Notes: generated from the sequence alone by a model not told the origin. 64,000 nt of DNA from Pseudomonadota bacterium (GCA_021805665.1 JAJZEV010000006.1:6-64005), one strand, 5' to 3'. Numbered from the stretch's first letter, positions 48,740 to 58,392 are shown. Program-made: numbers and translations.

Positions 48740-49977
48740 TGGCCAGCCCGAACCGCTTCCTTCGCACCTGGACCATGATGCTGTGCGTGCTGGCCGGGCT
48801 GGTCGTGGCGCTGAACCTGCTGATCGACCCGTACGACGTGTTCGGGACCCCCCGGATTCCGGGGCTGAGCCTGATGAAGCCGGGACCGAAGAATCACGCT
48901 CTGCTGGCCAAAACCTATCAGGAGGCGCGGGCACATCCGGTGACCGTTCTGATCGGGTCCTCTTCCACCCATATCGGGGTGGATGCCGCGGCACCGGAGT
49001 GGCCGGAGGCAATGCGGCCGATTTATAACTACGGCATTCCCGGGGGAGCGGGGGTTTCGACGCGGTTGGATACGCTGCGGGAAGCTATTTTCAACGGTGC
49101 GATCGAGAACGCGGTCGTATTTTTGGATTTCCAGGACTTTCTTGCCTTTAGTCCGCCAGGCGATGGCATGTCCGAGGATGACCGGCGCTATCATCTTTTG
49201 CCGGATGGCAAGCCAAATCCGTACCGTAGGCTTCAGGTTGCCGACGACATGTTCCTGTCGCTGGCCACCATGGGATCGCTGACCGATAGCTTGAAGACCG
49301 TTGTGTTTCAGCGGGACCCGACCCTATTGAACCTGGCGCCGGACGGGTCGTCCAACGATGCCGATTTCCGCAATGCGTTCCTCGCGGACGGGATGCACGA
49401 TTTGTTCGCGCAGAAGGACGACTTTGAGCTGGAGCGAGCGGAGCGCCTGCGGCGATCGATAGCGGAATGGCAGGGCGCGTTGCCCAACGTCGATACCGTT
49501 CGGGCGATTGTCGCGCTGACCCGAGCGAACCATGTGAAGCTGACACTGGTGATCACGCCGCATCATGCTGACGCGCTGGAGATTTACTGGCGTATAGGTC
49601 TGTGGCCGCGGATCGAGCAGTTGAAGACGGAACTGGCGGCCGTTGCCGATCAGGCTGGCGGCGATGTGGCGTTGTGGGATTTTCTGAATTACGACCAGTT
49701 CAATACCGAGGGCGTGCCGGCCGCGGGGGATCGTCACACTCCGACTGTGTGGTTCTGGGAGCCGACGCATTTCAAGAAGCACCTCGGCGCGGTCCTGATA
49801 CGGCGTATGTTCGGGCGCGATGCACCCCAATATGGGGCGTTGCTGACCGTGGCGAACGTGGACGCCGTCAACCGGCGGATACGCGATCGACGCCGCGAGC
49901 GTGTATGTGGACATGATGGGCCTGAGCTGCTGACCGCTTTAGCGGTGAAAATACCGGATGGATGCGCCCTCCCCTGA
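48739..49977 (+). CDS. Membrane-anchored SGNH-hydrolase-like acyltransferase partner (AlgJ/DltD-like role inferred)
   Basis: TGATG overlap with MBOAT; N-terminal TM, LNLLIDPY, IGSSST (block I Ser), WEPTHF (block V His). Confidence 0.7.
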   Translation: MASPNRFLRTWTMMLCVLAGLVVALNLLIDPYDVFGTPRIPGLSLMKPGPKNHALLAKTYQEARAHPVTVLIGSSSTHIGVDAAAPEWPEAMRPIYNYGIPGGAGVSTRLDTLREAIFNGAIENAVVFLDFQDFLAFSPPGDGMSEDDRRYHLLPDGKPNPYRRLQVADDMFLSLATMGSLTDSLKTVVFQRDPTLLNLAPDGSSNDADFRNAFLADGMHDLFAQKDDFELERAERLRRSIAEWQGALPNVDTVRAIVALTRANHVKLTLVITPHHADALEIYWRIGLWPRIEQLKTELAAVADQAGGDVALWDFLNYDQFNTEGVPAAGDRHTPTVWFWEPTHFKKHLGAVLIRRMFGRDAPQYGALLTVANVDAVNRRIRDRRRERVCGHDGPELLTALAVKIPDGCALP

Positions 49978-50051
49978 TCGCGGGGCGTTTGCCGTTGCCG
50001 GTTTGCGCTGTATGAAGCGGCGAGAGTTCCACCAAGAGACATTGGCGACCC

Positions 50052-50801
50052 ATGGCAGGCCATTCCCAGTTCAAGAACATCATGCACCGCAAGGGCGCGC
50101 AGGACGCCAGGCGGGCGCGCCAGTTTGCGCGCATTATCCGGGAAATCACGGTCTCGGCGCGTCACGGGCTGCCGGATCCGGCCTCCAACCCCCGGCTGCG
50201 GGCGGCGGTCACGGCGGCTCGGCAGGCCAACATGCCCAAGGATACGGTCGATCGCGCCATCAAGAAGGCAGCCGGGGCCGGTGGCGGCGACGATTATGTG
50301 GACGTGCGGTATGAGGGTTACGGGCCGGCGGGCGTGGCGGTGATCGTGGAGGCGCTGACCGACAACCGCAATCGTACTGCCTCCGACGTGCGGACGGCGT
50401 TCAACAAGCATGGCGGCGCGCTGGGGGAGACGAATTCGGTCAGCTTTATGTTCAACCGGTTGGGTGCGATCCGCTATCCGGCGTCGGCGGCCAGCGCGGA
50501 CGATATGCTGGAGGCGGCGATCGAGGCCGGGGCGGATAACGCCGAGAGCGATGAGGAAGGCCATGAGATCACCTGCAAGGTGGAGGATTTCTTCGCCGTG
50601 CGCGATGCGCTGGAGGCTCGGTTCGGCGCGCCGGAAAGCGCCAAGCTGGACTGGCGGCCAACCATGACGGTGACGCTGGACGAAGACCGGGCGGCGGGGC
50701 TTTTGAAGCTGCTGGACGCCTTGGATGAGAACGACGACGTCCAGAATGTCTATGCCAACTTCGATATCCCCGATGCGGTGATGCAGGCGCTGTCTGGCTG
50801 A
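50052..50801 (+). CDS. yebC: YebC/PmpR family protein
   Basis: [44 protein letters not shown]. Confidence 0.96.
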   Translation: MAGHSQFKNIMHRKGAQDARRARQFARIIREITVSARHGLPDPASNPRLRAAVTAARQANMPKDTVDRAIKKAAGAGGGDDYVDVRYEGYGPAGVAVIVEALTDNRNRTASDVRTAFNKHGGALGETNSVSFMFNRLGAIRYPASAASADDMLEAAIEAGADNAESDEEGHEITCKVEDFFAVRDALEARFGAPESAKLDWRPTMTVTLDEDRAAGLLKLLDALDENDDVQNVYANFDIPDAVMQALSG

Positions 50802-50807
50802 TCGCCT

Positions 50808-51476
50808 TTACTGGTAGTGGTCGCCGCGCGTGTCGGAGCGATTGATGGCCTCGGGCGGCGGCTGAACGCCGGCGAGTTGGTAATGCACTGCGTGGCGGGT
50901 GCGATAGCAAACCGAGGCGTTATCCAGGAATCCCACCGGCGCGCCCGATCCGGCGATCGCCTGCCACACTGCCTGATCCACCACCGCGGCGATATCCTGA
51001 CTGTTGATGGCCCATGAGATCAGGTGCGGGAAGGCCGGTTTCATGACCAAAAGGCAGCTTGTATCGATATAGGGACGCGCGTTCACCACTTGGCACTTCG
51101 CCAGGAGAGAGCCGTCCGGCCGGTGCAGCGTTCGGGCGGAGCAGCAGGCAGCCAGACCGTTCGCCAGGGCGTGGTTCCGCAATGAAGCGAGGTGATCGGG
51201 CCGGTACCAGTTGTCGGCATCCAGGAAGGCGATGGCATCGGCGCCCTCGCTGATAGCCCGGTAGCATCCGATCAGGCGCGGCGTGTTGCCGTAGTCGCTG
51301 TAGTTGCGCCCAAGCAGGATGTGGGTGCCGTGGAAGTTGTCGATTTCCGCGGGAGCCGAACCGTCACACACCAAAATGTGCCGTGCGGGGGTCGTCTGGG
51401 CGAGAACGCTGTGGTGGGCTTGCCGAAGCCATGCCGGATCGGCGTTGAAGTATGGCGTTACGACGCAGATATTCAT
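50808..51476 (-). CDS. Glycosyltransferase family 2 (GT-A) protein
   Basis: VVTPYFN, SVLAQT, VCDGS, FLDADNW DxD motif, IDTSC. Confidence 0.82.
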   Translation of the reverse strand: MNICVVTPYFNADPAWLRQAHHSVLAQTTPARHILVCDGSAPAEIDNFHGTHILLGRNYSDYGNTPRLIGCYRAISEGADAIAFLDADNWYRPDHLASLRNHALANGLAACCSARTLHRPDGSLLAKCQVVNARPYIDTSCLLVMKPAFPHLISWAINSQDIAAVVDQAVWQAIAGSGAPVGFLDNASVCYRTRHAVHYQLAGVQPPPEAINRSDTRGDHYQ

Positions 51477-51531
51477 GGCGATCGCTCATTGGGCCTTGTT
51501 CACGGGCGTGGGTTAGCACATCGCGGCAGCG

Positions 51532-52068
51532 TTACCCATAACCCGACTGGATGTGCAGCGGCATTGGCACCGCTGGCGCCGCCGGCCCGGGTAGCGGGTT
51601 GAGATCCCACTCTTTGTGCAACTGATCCAAGCGGTTGAGGAGGGTTCGGGCCTTTTCTTCTTGGACGTCCGTCACGTCTGCCGGGGCCGTTTGGGGCTTT
51701 GTTGGCGCGGCCGGCCGCTCGACGGGATTCGCCGCTGCGCGCAGGACATTGAGTGCTGCCCGGCACTGTTCGGCGGAGCGGCTGAGGCTGGCGGCGGATG
51801 TGCGGTAGCGCAGGACCCTGGCGTCCGGCATATCGGGGTCGGCAATCGACCGGCGGAGGCTGTCCATCGAGGCGAGACCGAAGCCGACGATTTGGGAGAT
51901 GAGGTTCAGCTCAATCGTGTCGGCCGGGTTATAGGCGAGGATCATGTCGGCGATGACCGCGCGGGCTTTGTCCGGATTGCCGCTGGATGCAACAATGACG
52001 AAACCGATCAGGTTGTCGCAGGCGGCCTCGATGGCCAGGTTCATGCTGGAGGAGTCAGGGTTTGCCAT
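51532..52068 (-). CDS. Hypothetical helical protein (178 aa)
   Basis: Start set at MANPDSS (52068); helical core followed by a Pro-rich tail; no motif recognised. Confidence 0.55.
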   Translation of the reverse strand: MANPDSSSMNLAIEAACDNLIGFVIVASSGNPDKARAVIADMILAYNPADTIELNLISQIVGFGLASMDSLRRSIADPDMPDARVLRYRTSAASLSRSAEQCRAALNVLRAAANPVERPAAPTKPQTAPADVTDVQEEKARTLLNRLDQLHKEWDLNPLPGPAAPAVPMPLHIQSGYG

Positions 52069-52342
52069 GGCCGTATGTTCATGTTGTGTTCTTTTTCTAG
52101 CGTAGGTTGCGGCGTTTTGCAAATACAATCTTTGGCGGGCGGGTGGCGGTGCTGTCGATCGTCGGACGGCGTGGCTGGTTCTGCCGCATGAACGCGACGG
52201 TCGCGGCGGATCGTCCGGATTCGGTTGGCGGGCTGACAGCCTTGTCGTTTCAAACTCGCGCGGATAACGAAAAGCCCGAAGGCATGACAAATTATTACTG
52301 GCCACGTTGACAGGGTCTGCCATTTGCGACAATTCCGTGTGC

Positions 52343-53050
52343 ATGTCTTTGCCTCTTGAGCAGGAAAGCGCGGCCTGGCAGGCCAGACGTCTGTTGCGGG
52401 CGGCACGCGCCGGTTGCCTTGCCACCAGTGCCAAGGGCCAGCCGTTCGCGTCGCTGGTGACCCCGGCGTGTATGCCGGACGGGTCCTTGCTGATGCTGCT
52501 GTCGCGGCTGTCGGAGCATACCCGGCACCTGATGGCCGATCCACGCTGTTCGGTCATGGTCAGCGGGGTGGCGGAGACGGCCAATCCGCAAACCTCGCCA
52601 CGGGTGACTGTTACCGGACTGGCGGCTGTCGTGGACGATCCGGCGTTGAAGGCGCGGTATCTGGCGGTGCATCCCTATGCCTCGCTGTACGCGGACTTTG
52701 GCGATTTCGCGACATGGCGGCTGGTGCCACAGGCGGGCATTCTGGTCGGCGGGTTCGCCCGGGCGTATCGGCTGACAGCGGCCGATCTGGCGCCGGATGC
52801 CGATGCCATGGCGGCGCTGTTGGCGTCGGAGGCTGGGATTCTCTCGCACTGCAACCGCGACCACGCCGACGCGCTGACGCTGATCGCCGGGTCGCCGGGG
52901 GACTGGCGGATGGTGACGGCGGATGTGGACGGTTTCGATTTGGCGCTGGACGAACGGGTGTTGCGGATCGCCTGGTCGGCGCCGGTGCGGGACTCGGGTG
53001 ATGTGCGGCGGGAGTTGGTGGCGATGGTTAAGGCGGTCAGGGAAGCCTAA
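52343..53050 (+). CDS. HugZ/pyridoxamine 5'-phosphate oxidase-like split-barrel protein with DUF2470-like C-terminus
   Basis: LATS...PFASLV, LLSRLSEHTRHL..DPRCS, RVTVTG, YADFGDF, GGFARA, HCNRDHAD; TTGACA at 52307. Confidence 0.85.
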   Translation: MSLPLEQESAAWQARRLLRAARAGCLATSAKGQPFASLVTPACMPDGSLLMLLSRLSEHTRHLMADPRCSVMVSGVAETANPQTSPRVTVTGLAAVVDDPALKARYLAVHPYASLYADFGDFATWRLVPQAGILVGGFARAYRLTAADLAPDADAMAALLASEAGILSHCNRDHADALTLIAGSPGDWRMVTADVDGFDLALDERVLRIAWSAPVRDSGDVRRELVAMVKAVREA

Positions 53051-53448
53051 CGCCGCCGCTCGATTTCCACCCCGGCGGATGTGGCGTCGGCGAAGATGTC
53101 CAGCTTTTCCACCCGCACGCGAACGGACAGCACACGAGGATTGGCCAGGCAGCTTTCGGCGATCCGTTCGGCCAGTGTTTCAACCAGCCTTGTATGCCCG
53201 GTCGAAACGATCGTGCGCGCCCTGTTGGCGATTTTCTCGTAGTCCACCACGCGGGAAAATTCGTCGGGACCGACTGTGATGCCGGCGCGCGCGGCTTCGT
53301 CGGCGACGCCAAGATCGATGTTGATCCGCACCCGTTGCCTGGATTCGTGTTCATGCGGGTAAATCCCGATGCTGGCGACCAGCACCATGTCCCGGACGAA
53401 GACGTGGCGGATTCCGTCTTTTGCGCTGGCGATTGTTGGCACCGTCAT
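53047..53448 (-). CDS. folB: Dihydroneopterin aldolase
   Basis: IGIYPHE..RQRVRIN, VVDYE, LVETLAE, VRVEKLD. Confidence 0.9.
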   Translation of the reverse strand: MTVPTIASAKDGIRHVFVRDMVLVASIGIYPHEHESRQRVRINIDLGVADEAARAGITVGPDEFSRVVDYEKIANRARTIVSTGHTRLVETLAERIAESCLANPRVLSVRVRVEKLDIFADATSAGVEIERRR

Positions 53449-54221
53449 TCCTCGGGCGCCTGCGAGGCCGGGCCCCATTGCAGGTGTTGGCCACCGTCCA
53501 GCGCGATCATCTGGCCGGTCATCGCGGGCAGGCCGAGTATCGCCAGTGCCGCCCGGGCCACTTCGTCGGGGCCGGTGCCGTGGCCCAAAGGCACGGAGGA
53601 CGACTGCCGGGCGAACTGTTCGTCGGTCTGGCGCGGGCTGGGCATAGCGGGGCCCGGCCCGATGGCGTTGACGCGAATGCGCGGGGCCAGGGCAAGCGCC
53701 ATCGATCGGGTCAACGCCCAGAGTCCGGCCTTGGACAATGTGTAAGAAACGAAATGCGGCGTCAGCGACCAGACACGCTGGTCCAGCATGTTGATGACGA
53801 CGCCCTCGGCGGTTGCGGGCAGTGCCGTGGCGAAGGTTTGCATCAGGACGAACGGCGCGCGCAGGTTCGGCCCCATGTGGGCGTCCCAGGACTCGCGGGT
53901 GGTGTCTTCAACTTCATCGCGTTCGAACACGGACGCGTTGTTGACCAGCACGCCGATCGGTCCGAGTGCTTCAGTGGCGGCGGCGATCAGGCCGGCGACC
54001 TGAGCTTCATCTGTCAGATCGGCTTGCAGCACGACGGCGCGGCGGCCGAGTGCGGCGATGTCGGCGCTGGTTGCGCGAGCGTCTTCGATGGATGTGCCGC
54101 AATGGATGGCGATATCGAATCCGTTTCGCGCCAGTTCCAGCGCAATGGCGCGACCGAGCCGGCGGGCGCCCCCGGTTATGAGTGCGGCCCTAGGTATGGA
54201 GGTGGGAACGAACATCGTCAT
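53445..54221 (-). CDS. SDR, pteridine reductase (FolM/PTR1)-like
   Basis: TGGARRLG (Arg variant), NNASVF, NMLDQRV, YTLSK, NAIGPGP; stop overlaps the folB start. Confidence 0.85.
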   Translation of the reverse strand: MTMFVPTSIPRAALITGGARRLGRAIALELARNGFDIAIHCGTSIEDARATSADIAALGRRAVVLQADLTDEAQVAGLIAAATEALGPIGVLVNNASVFERDEVEDTTRESWDAHMGPNLRAPFVLMQTFATALPATAEGVVINMLDQRVWSLTPHFVSYTLSKAGLWALTRSMALALAPRIRVNAIGPGPAMPSPRQTDEQFARQSSSVPLGHGTGPDEVARAALAILGLPAMTGQMIALDGGQHLQWGPASQAPEE

Positions 54222-54292
54222 GGACTGCGTGGTAGTCCGCGTTGATCCGCGCGTAAACCCTGGTGGTGGCGTGGCGGTTCCGGAGCCTGAGG

Positions 54293-55777
54293 CTAAACCC
54301 TCGGCCGCCGCCGGACCTCCGCCCGCACATGCCGGAAATTCAGCACCGCCGGATCGGCGACCACCGGCCCGGGGGCGATCGCTACGATCGTCCGTTCCGC
54401 GATGGGGCCGAAATCCGCCCGGAAGTGAACCGACGACTTCAGTGCGATAATCGGGCAGTCCGCCGGTTCGATGCCGACATGGCGCAGGATCGCCTGGTCC
54501 AGCGCCTGCATCTTGCGGGAGGCGATCATCGCACGCACGCCGTCGACATCCACCAGCACGGTATCGCCCAGGTTGCCGGGGTTTCCCGCACCCATCGGGC
54601 CGGTCAGCGTGAACACCCCATCGGTGATTTTCAAGACCCGCGCGGAGCAGGCGAACGGCATGCCGTCGGATTTTCCGCCGAGCGATAACTCGACCATCGC
54701 GCCCGGTCCTGCCGCGACGCAAGCGGCGACACTGGCCGCATCGTTGATCAGGCAGACGACAGCGCCTTTCGCGCCCTGCCGCACCAGTTCCGCCAGCAGT
54801 TCGGTGGTGTCGCCATGCCCACCGCCGCCCGGATTATCCTGCGTGTCGGCCAGCAGCACCGGGCGTCCGGCGCTCGCGGACAGCCGCATAGCCTCGGCGA
54901 CGGCCTCGGCGGAGGGTAGCGTGTCCTGAACGAATTCTGATTCCCGCGCATTTACGAACGCCAGAAGGGCGTCAGCGGCGGCATCCGCTTGCGCCCTGGT
55001 GTCGGCAAAGGCGGCGATCGCCGGGCCGCAGCCGGGAAAGTCGGCGTAGGGAAAGCCAAAGCAGAACGCGAGTTCGACCGCGTCCGACTGTTCAGCCAGT
55101 TGTGCCCGTTCGGTCATGACGGTCTGCATCGGCGGCATCAGCGTGCATTGGCTGCCGAGCGGAATCCAGAAATCCAGCGGCCGGAAGGTGCGCGCCCACG
55201 GGCGTCCCCGTTCGATGCGGGCCAGTAACAGCCGCATTGCCCGGGCGCCGGCGTCCTTCATGTCCACATGCGGATAGGTGCGGAAGGGCACGACGGCATC
55301 CGCCAGGCGCACCATCGTTTCGGTCAGGTTGGCATGGGGGTCCAGGCTGATCGTCAGCGGCAGGTCCGCCCCGACGATCGCCCGCACCCGGCGCAGCAAT
55401 TCACCCTCCGCGTCGGGGAAGCTGTCCACCACGGCGGCGCCGTGCAGGTCCAGATACACGCCGTCCAGCGGCGCTTCGTCCAATGCCACCGACAGCGGTG
55501 CGCAGATACGGGCGGCGATCCGTTCGAAGGCTTCGTCCTCCACCGGCCCGGCGGGGTTGGCGAAGCACCAGGCCAGCGGCACCATTTCCACGCAAGCCGC
55601 CTCGGCGACCGCGATGGCACCCGCCAGCGGCACGGATCGCGGCCGGATGGCGTCGATCAGTTCAGCCCCGGCGGAGAACGGCGGCAGCCCGCCCGGTTGC
55701 AGGAAATCGGCATACGTCGTGGGTCTGGGCGCGAACGAATGGCTTTCGTGCAGAAAGCCGCCGACCGCGATCCTCAT
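54293..55777 (-). CDS. M81 family metallopeptidase (MlrC-like)
   Basis: GGFLHESHSF, YLDLHGA, LDPHAN, RTYPHVD, DTQDNPGGG, LKSSVHFRADF. Confidence 0.9.
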   Translation of the reverse strand: MRIAVGGFLHESHSFAPRPTTYADFLQPGGLPPFSAGAELIDAIRPRSVPLAGAIAVAEAACVEMVPLAWCFANPAGPVEDEAFERIAARICAPLSVALDEAPLDGVYLDLHGAAVVDSFPDAEGELLRRVRAIVGADLPLTISLDPHANLTETMVRLADAVVPFRTYPHVDMKDAGARAMRLLLARIERGRPWARTFRPLDFWIPLGSQCTLMPPMQTVMTERAQLAEQSDAVELAFCFGFPYADFPGCGPAIAAFADTRAQADAAADALLAFVNARESEFVQDTLPSAEAVAEAMRLSASAGRPVLLADTQDNPGGGGHGDTTELLAELVRQGAKGAVVCLINDAASVAACVAAGPGAMVELSLGGKSDGMPFACSARVLKITDGVFTLTGPMGAGNPGNLGDTVLVDVDGVRAMIASRKMQALDQAILRHVGIEPADCPIIALKSSVHFRADFGPIAERTIVAIAPGPVVADPAVLNFRHVRAEVRRRPRV

Positions 55778-56724
55778 GCTACCTGGTTCCTTGGCGTCCC
55801 GCCGGCCAGCAAGGCGCTGATTCCGGCCAGGACGATACGTCCCATCGCATCGCGGGTTTCGGTGGTTGCACTGCCCAAATGCGGCAGAAGCACCGCATTT
55901 TCCAGCGCGATGTATTCTGGGTTCAGCTTCGGCTCCCCATTGTAAACATCCAGTCCGGCGGCCGCGATGTGCCCGCTGCGCAGCGCCGCGATCAGAGCCG
56001 CGTCATCCACCAGGGTTCCGCGCGCGGCATTTACCACCACCGCGCCTTGCGGCAGCTTCGCGATCCGTTCGTTATTCAGCCAGTGTCGGGTGCCCTCGCC
56101 GCCGGGGGCGTTCAGCGACAAAACCTGGCAGACCGGCAGGAAGCTGTCGTCGTTGTCGTGGAAGATCGCGCCCTGCTCCAGTTCCGGCGGCAGGCGGGTC
56201 ATGTCGCGGTAGTGGATTTCCATGTTGAAGCCGCGCGCCATGCGGGCGATTTCCCGCCCGATCCGCCCCATGCCGAAGATGCCAAGCCGGCGGTCGGAAA
56301 CCTGGGTGCCCAGCAGTTGAGTCGGTGCCCATCCCGCCCACTTCCCAGAGCGTACCAGCCGTTCGCCCTCGCCGGCCCGCCGGGCGGCGGCCATGATCAG
56401 CATCATGGCGCATTCGGCGGTGGCGATGCTCAGGACGTCAGGGGTGTTGCAGACCTTGATTCCGCGCGCCTTGGCCGCGGCGATATCGACATGATCGTAA
56501 CCGACGCTGAACGTGCCGATGACTTTCACCGACGCGGGCAGCGCGGCAATCGTTGCGGCATCCAATGTGTCGCCCGGACAGCACAGCACCGCGTCTGCCC
56601 CGTTCGCTTTTGCCGCCAGACCGGTCATCGCCACGTCCGATGGGGTCAGCCTTGCATCGAACTCCCGCGTGGCCAGTTCCTCGATCGCGGCGGGCAGGCG
56701 GCGTGTGACGAACAGGGTTTGCAT
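55774..56724 (-). CDS. D-2-hydroxyacid dehydrogenase (glyoxylate/hydroxypyruvate reductase), paralog 1
   Basis: Start MQTLFV; SVGYDHVD, NTPDVL, GMGRIG, NAARG, AGLDV, PHLGSAT. Confidence 0.92.
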   Translation of the reverse strand: MQTLFVTRRLPAAIEELATREFDARLTPSDVAMTGLAAKANGADAVLCCPGDTLDAATIAALPASVKVIGTFSVGYDHVDIAAAKARGIKVCNTPDVLSIATAECAMMLIMAAARRAGEGERLVRSGKWAGWAPTQLLGTQVSDRRLGIFGMGRIGREIARMARGFNMEIHYRDMTRLPPELEQGAIFHDNDDSFLPVCQVLSLNAPGGEGTRHWLNNERIAKLPQGAVVVNAARGTLVDDAALIAALRSGHIAAAGLDVYNGEPKLNPEYIALENAVLLPHLGSATTETRDAMGRIVLAGISALLAGGTPRNQVA

Positions 56725-56725
56725 G

Positions 56726-57697
56726 TCATTCTCTCCAGAGCGGATCGATGGGCGGTCGGCCGTCCAGGACGGCGGCGATATTGTCCAACGCCTTGTAGCC
56801 CATCGCGTCGCGCGTTTCTTTCGATGCGCTGGCGACATGGGGCGCCAGAACCACATTCTCCAAACCCGCGAAACGCAGGTCGAAATCGGGTTCGGCCCGG
56901 AAGACATCCAGTCCGGCGGCGAACAGTTTGCCGGAGGTCAGAGCGTCGTACAGTGCGTCTTCGTCGATGACGGTGCCGCGGGCGGCGTTCACCAGCACGG
57001 CGCCTTGCGGCAGCAGGGCAAACGCCTGTGCGCCCACCATTTTGTCGGTTGCGGGGCCACCGGGCGCATGGATCGACAGGAAGTCGCAGTGCGGCAGCAT
57101 CGCGTGGAAATCGGCGAAGTATTCCGCGCCCTGTTCCAGTTCGGGCGGCAGGCGGGTGCGGGCGTGATACATGATTTTCATATCGAAACCGCGTGCCCGC
57201 TGGGCGAATGCCCGGCCGATCCGTCCCATTCCCAGGATGCCGACCCGCTTGCCGGTGACGCGCACGCCCAGCAGATCGCCCTGGCCGATGCGGTAGCGCC
57301 AGCCCTGGCGCATGATGCGGTCGTATTCGATTCCCCGGCGGGCCGCGGCCAGCATCAGCATCATGCCGAAATCGGCGGTGCATTCGTCCAGTACGCCGGG
57401 GGTGTTGGTGATCATCAGCCCGCGAGCCTTGGCTGCGTGGACATCGATATGGTCGTAGCCGACGCTGCTGGTCGCCCCGATCTTGACCGAGGCCGGCAGG
57501 CCAGCGATGGCTGGCGCGTCCAGGCGCAGGGAGTTGGTGAACAGGATCGCCTCGGCCCGATGCGCTGCCGCTGCCCGCGTGACCTCGTCCAGGGTCATGT
57601 CGCTGGGGCCTTCCACGACCACCGCGTCGAAGTCCGCCTTTGCACGGGCGATCACATCGGTCGTTGTCAGGCAAGCAAGGATCAGGCGCCGCTTCAT
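56726..57697 (-). CDS. D-2-hydroxyacid dehydrogenase (glyoxylate/hydroxypyruvate reductase), paralog 2
   Basis: SVGYDHID, NTPGVL, GMGRIG, NAARG, AGLDV, PHVASAS. Confidence 0.92.
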   Translation of the reverse strand: MKRRLILACLTTTDVIARAKADFDAVVVEGPSDMTLDEVTRAAAAHRAEAILFTNSLRLDAPAIAGLPASVKIGATSSVGYDHIDVHAAKARGLMITNTPGVLDECTADFGMMLMLAAARRGIEYDRIMRQGWRYRIGQGDLLGVRVTGKRVGILGMGRIGRAFAQRARGFDMKIMYHARTRLPPELEQGAEYFADFHAMLPHCDFLSIHAPGGPATDKMVGAQAFALLPQGAVLVNAARGTVIDEDALYDALTSGKLFAAGLDVFRAEPDFDLRFAGLENVVLAPHVASASKETRDAMGYKALDNIAAVLDGRPPIDPLWRE

Positions 57698-57759
57698 TGT
57701 TTCGTTCCCCTGTTATCGCTACCAACCTTAAATGCAGTTCAGCACAGGCGAAAGGGGCA

Positions 57760-58392
57760 TCAATAAATCGTCGTGCGCAATCGTTCCGGATAGTTCCGGT
57801 CGTACTGTTCCCCGCCCACGGTTCCCCCGGTTATATCCGCCAGAATTGTCCCCGTGCTTGGCAGCGACTTGCGGCCGATATGGCGGGCGGGGTTCCAAAG
57901 CTCCGATCGCACCAGCGCCTTTGGGCACTGGAAATATACCCGTTCGGCAGTAACAACGATCACCGATTTGGGTAAGGTGCCCCTCAGCGTAAACCTTTGA
58001 ATCAGATCGGGCGCGGTGGAAATGCACGCCCGTCCGTTGACGCGCAGCGTTTCCCCCACGCCCGGGATCAGGAACAGCAGCGCCACACGGTTATCGTGGA
58101 GAATGTTACGCAGGCTGTCCACGCGATTGTTGCCGCGTCGATCCGGGATCAGCACCGTTTTGTCGTCCGGCACCTGGATGAAGGACCTGGCCGGATCGCC
58201 GCGCGGGGACGCATCCAAGCCGCCGGGGCCGGAGGTCGCGATCACCATGAACGGCGATGCCTCGATCATCGCTTTGTAATGCGGGTGGATGTAGTCGATT
58301 TCCTTGGCGATGGCGCCGATGGGGGATTCGCCATACAGCGCGTTCAGCGCGGCCTCGTCGGTTATCAGGCTGTCGTTGCCGATCGCGTCCAT
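57760..58392 (-). CDS. Pyridoxamine 5'-phosphate oxidase-like flavin-binding protein (MSMEG_1061-like)
   Basis: DASPRGD, PDRRGNNRVDSL.NI, LFLIPG..ETLRVNG, YFQCPKA..RS.LW. Confidence 0.87.
   Translation of the reverse strand: MDAIGNDSLITDEAALNALYGESPIGAIAKEIDYIHPHYKAMIEASPFMVIATSGPGGLDASPRGDPARSFIQVPDDKTVLIPDRRGNNRVDSLRNILHDNRVALLFLIPGVGETLRVNGRACISTAPDLIQRFTLRGTLPKSVIVVTAERVYFQCPKALVRSELWNPARHIGRKSLPSTGTILADITGGTVGGEQYDRNYPERLRTTIY

Noticed and set aside
9934-49012. Many long opposite-strand or alternate-frame ORFs (e.g. 9934-11340+, 12429-13577+, 14276-15715-, 26788-28074-, 41431-42903+, 47045-49012-)
   Set aside because: They are shadows of well-supported genes in high-GC DNA, with no motifs or RBS and Arg/Pro/His-skewed composition
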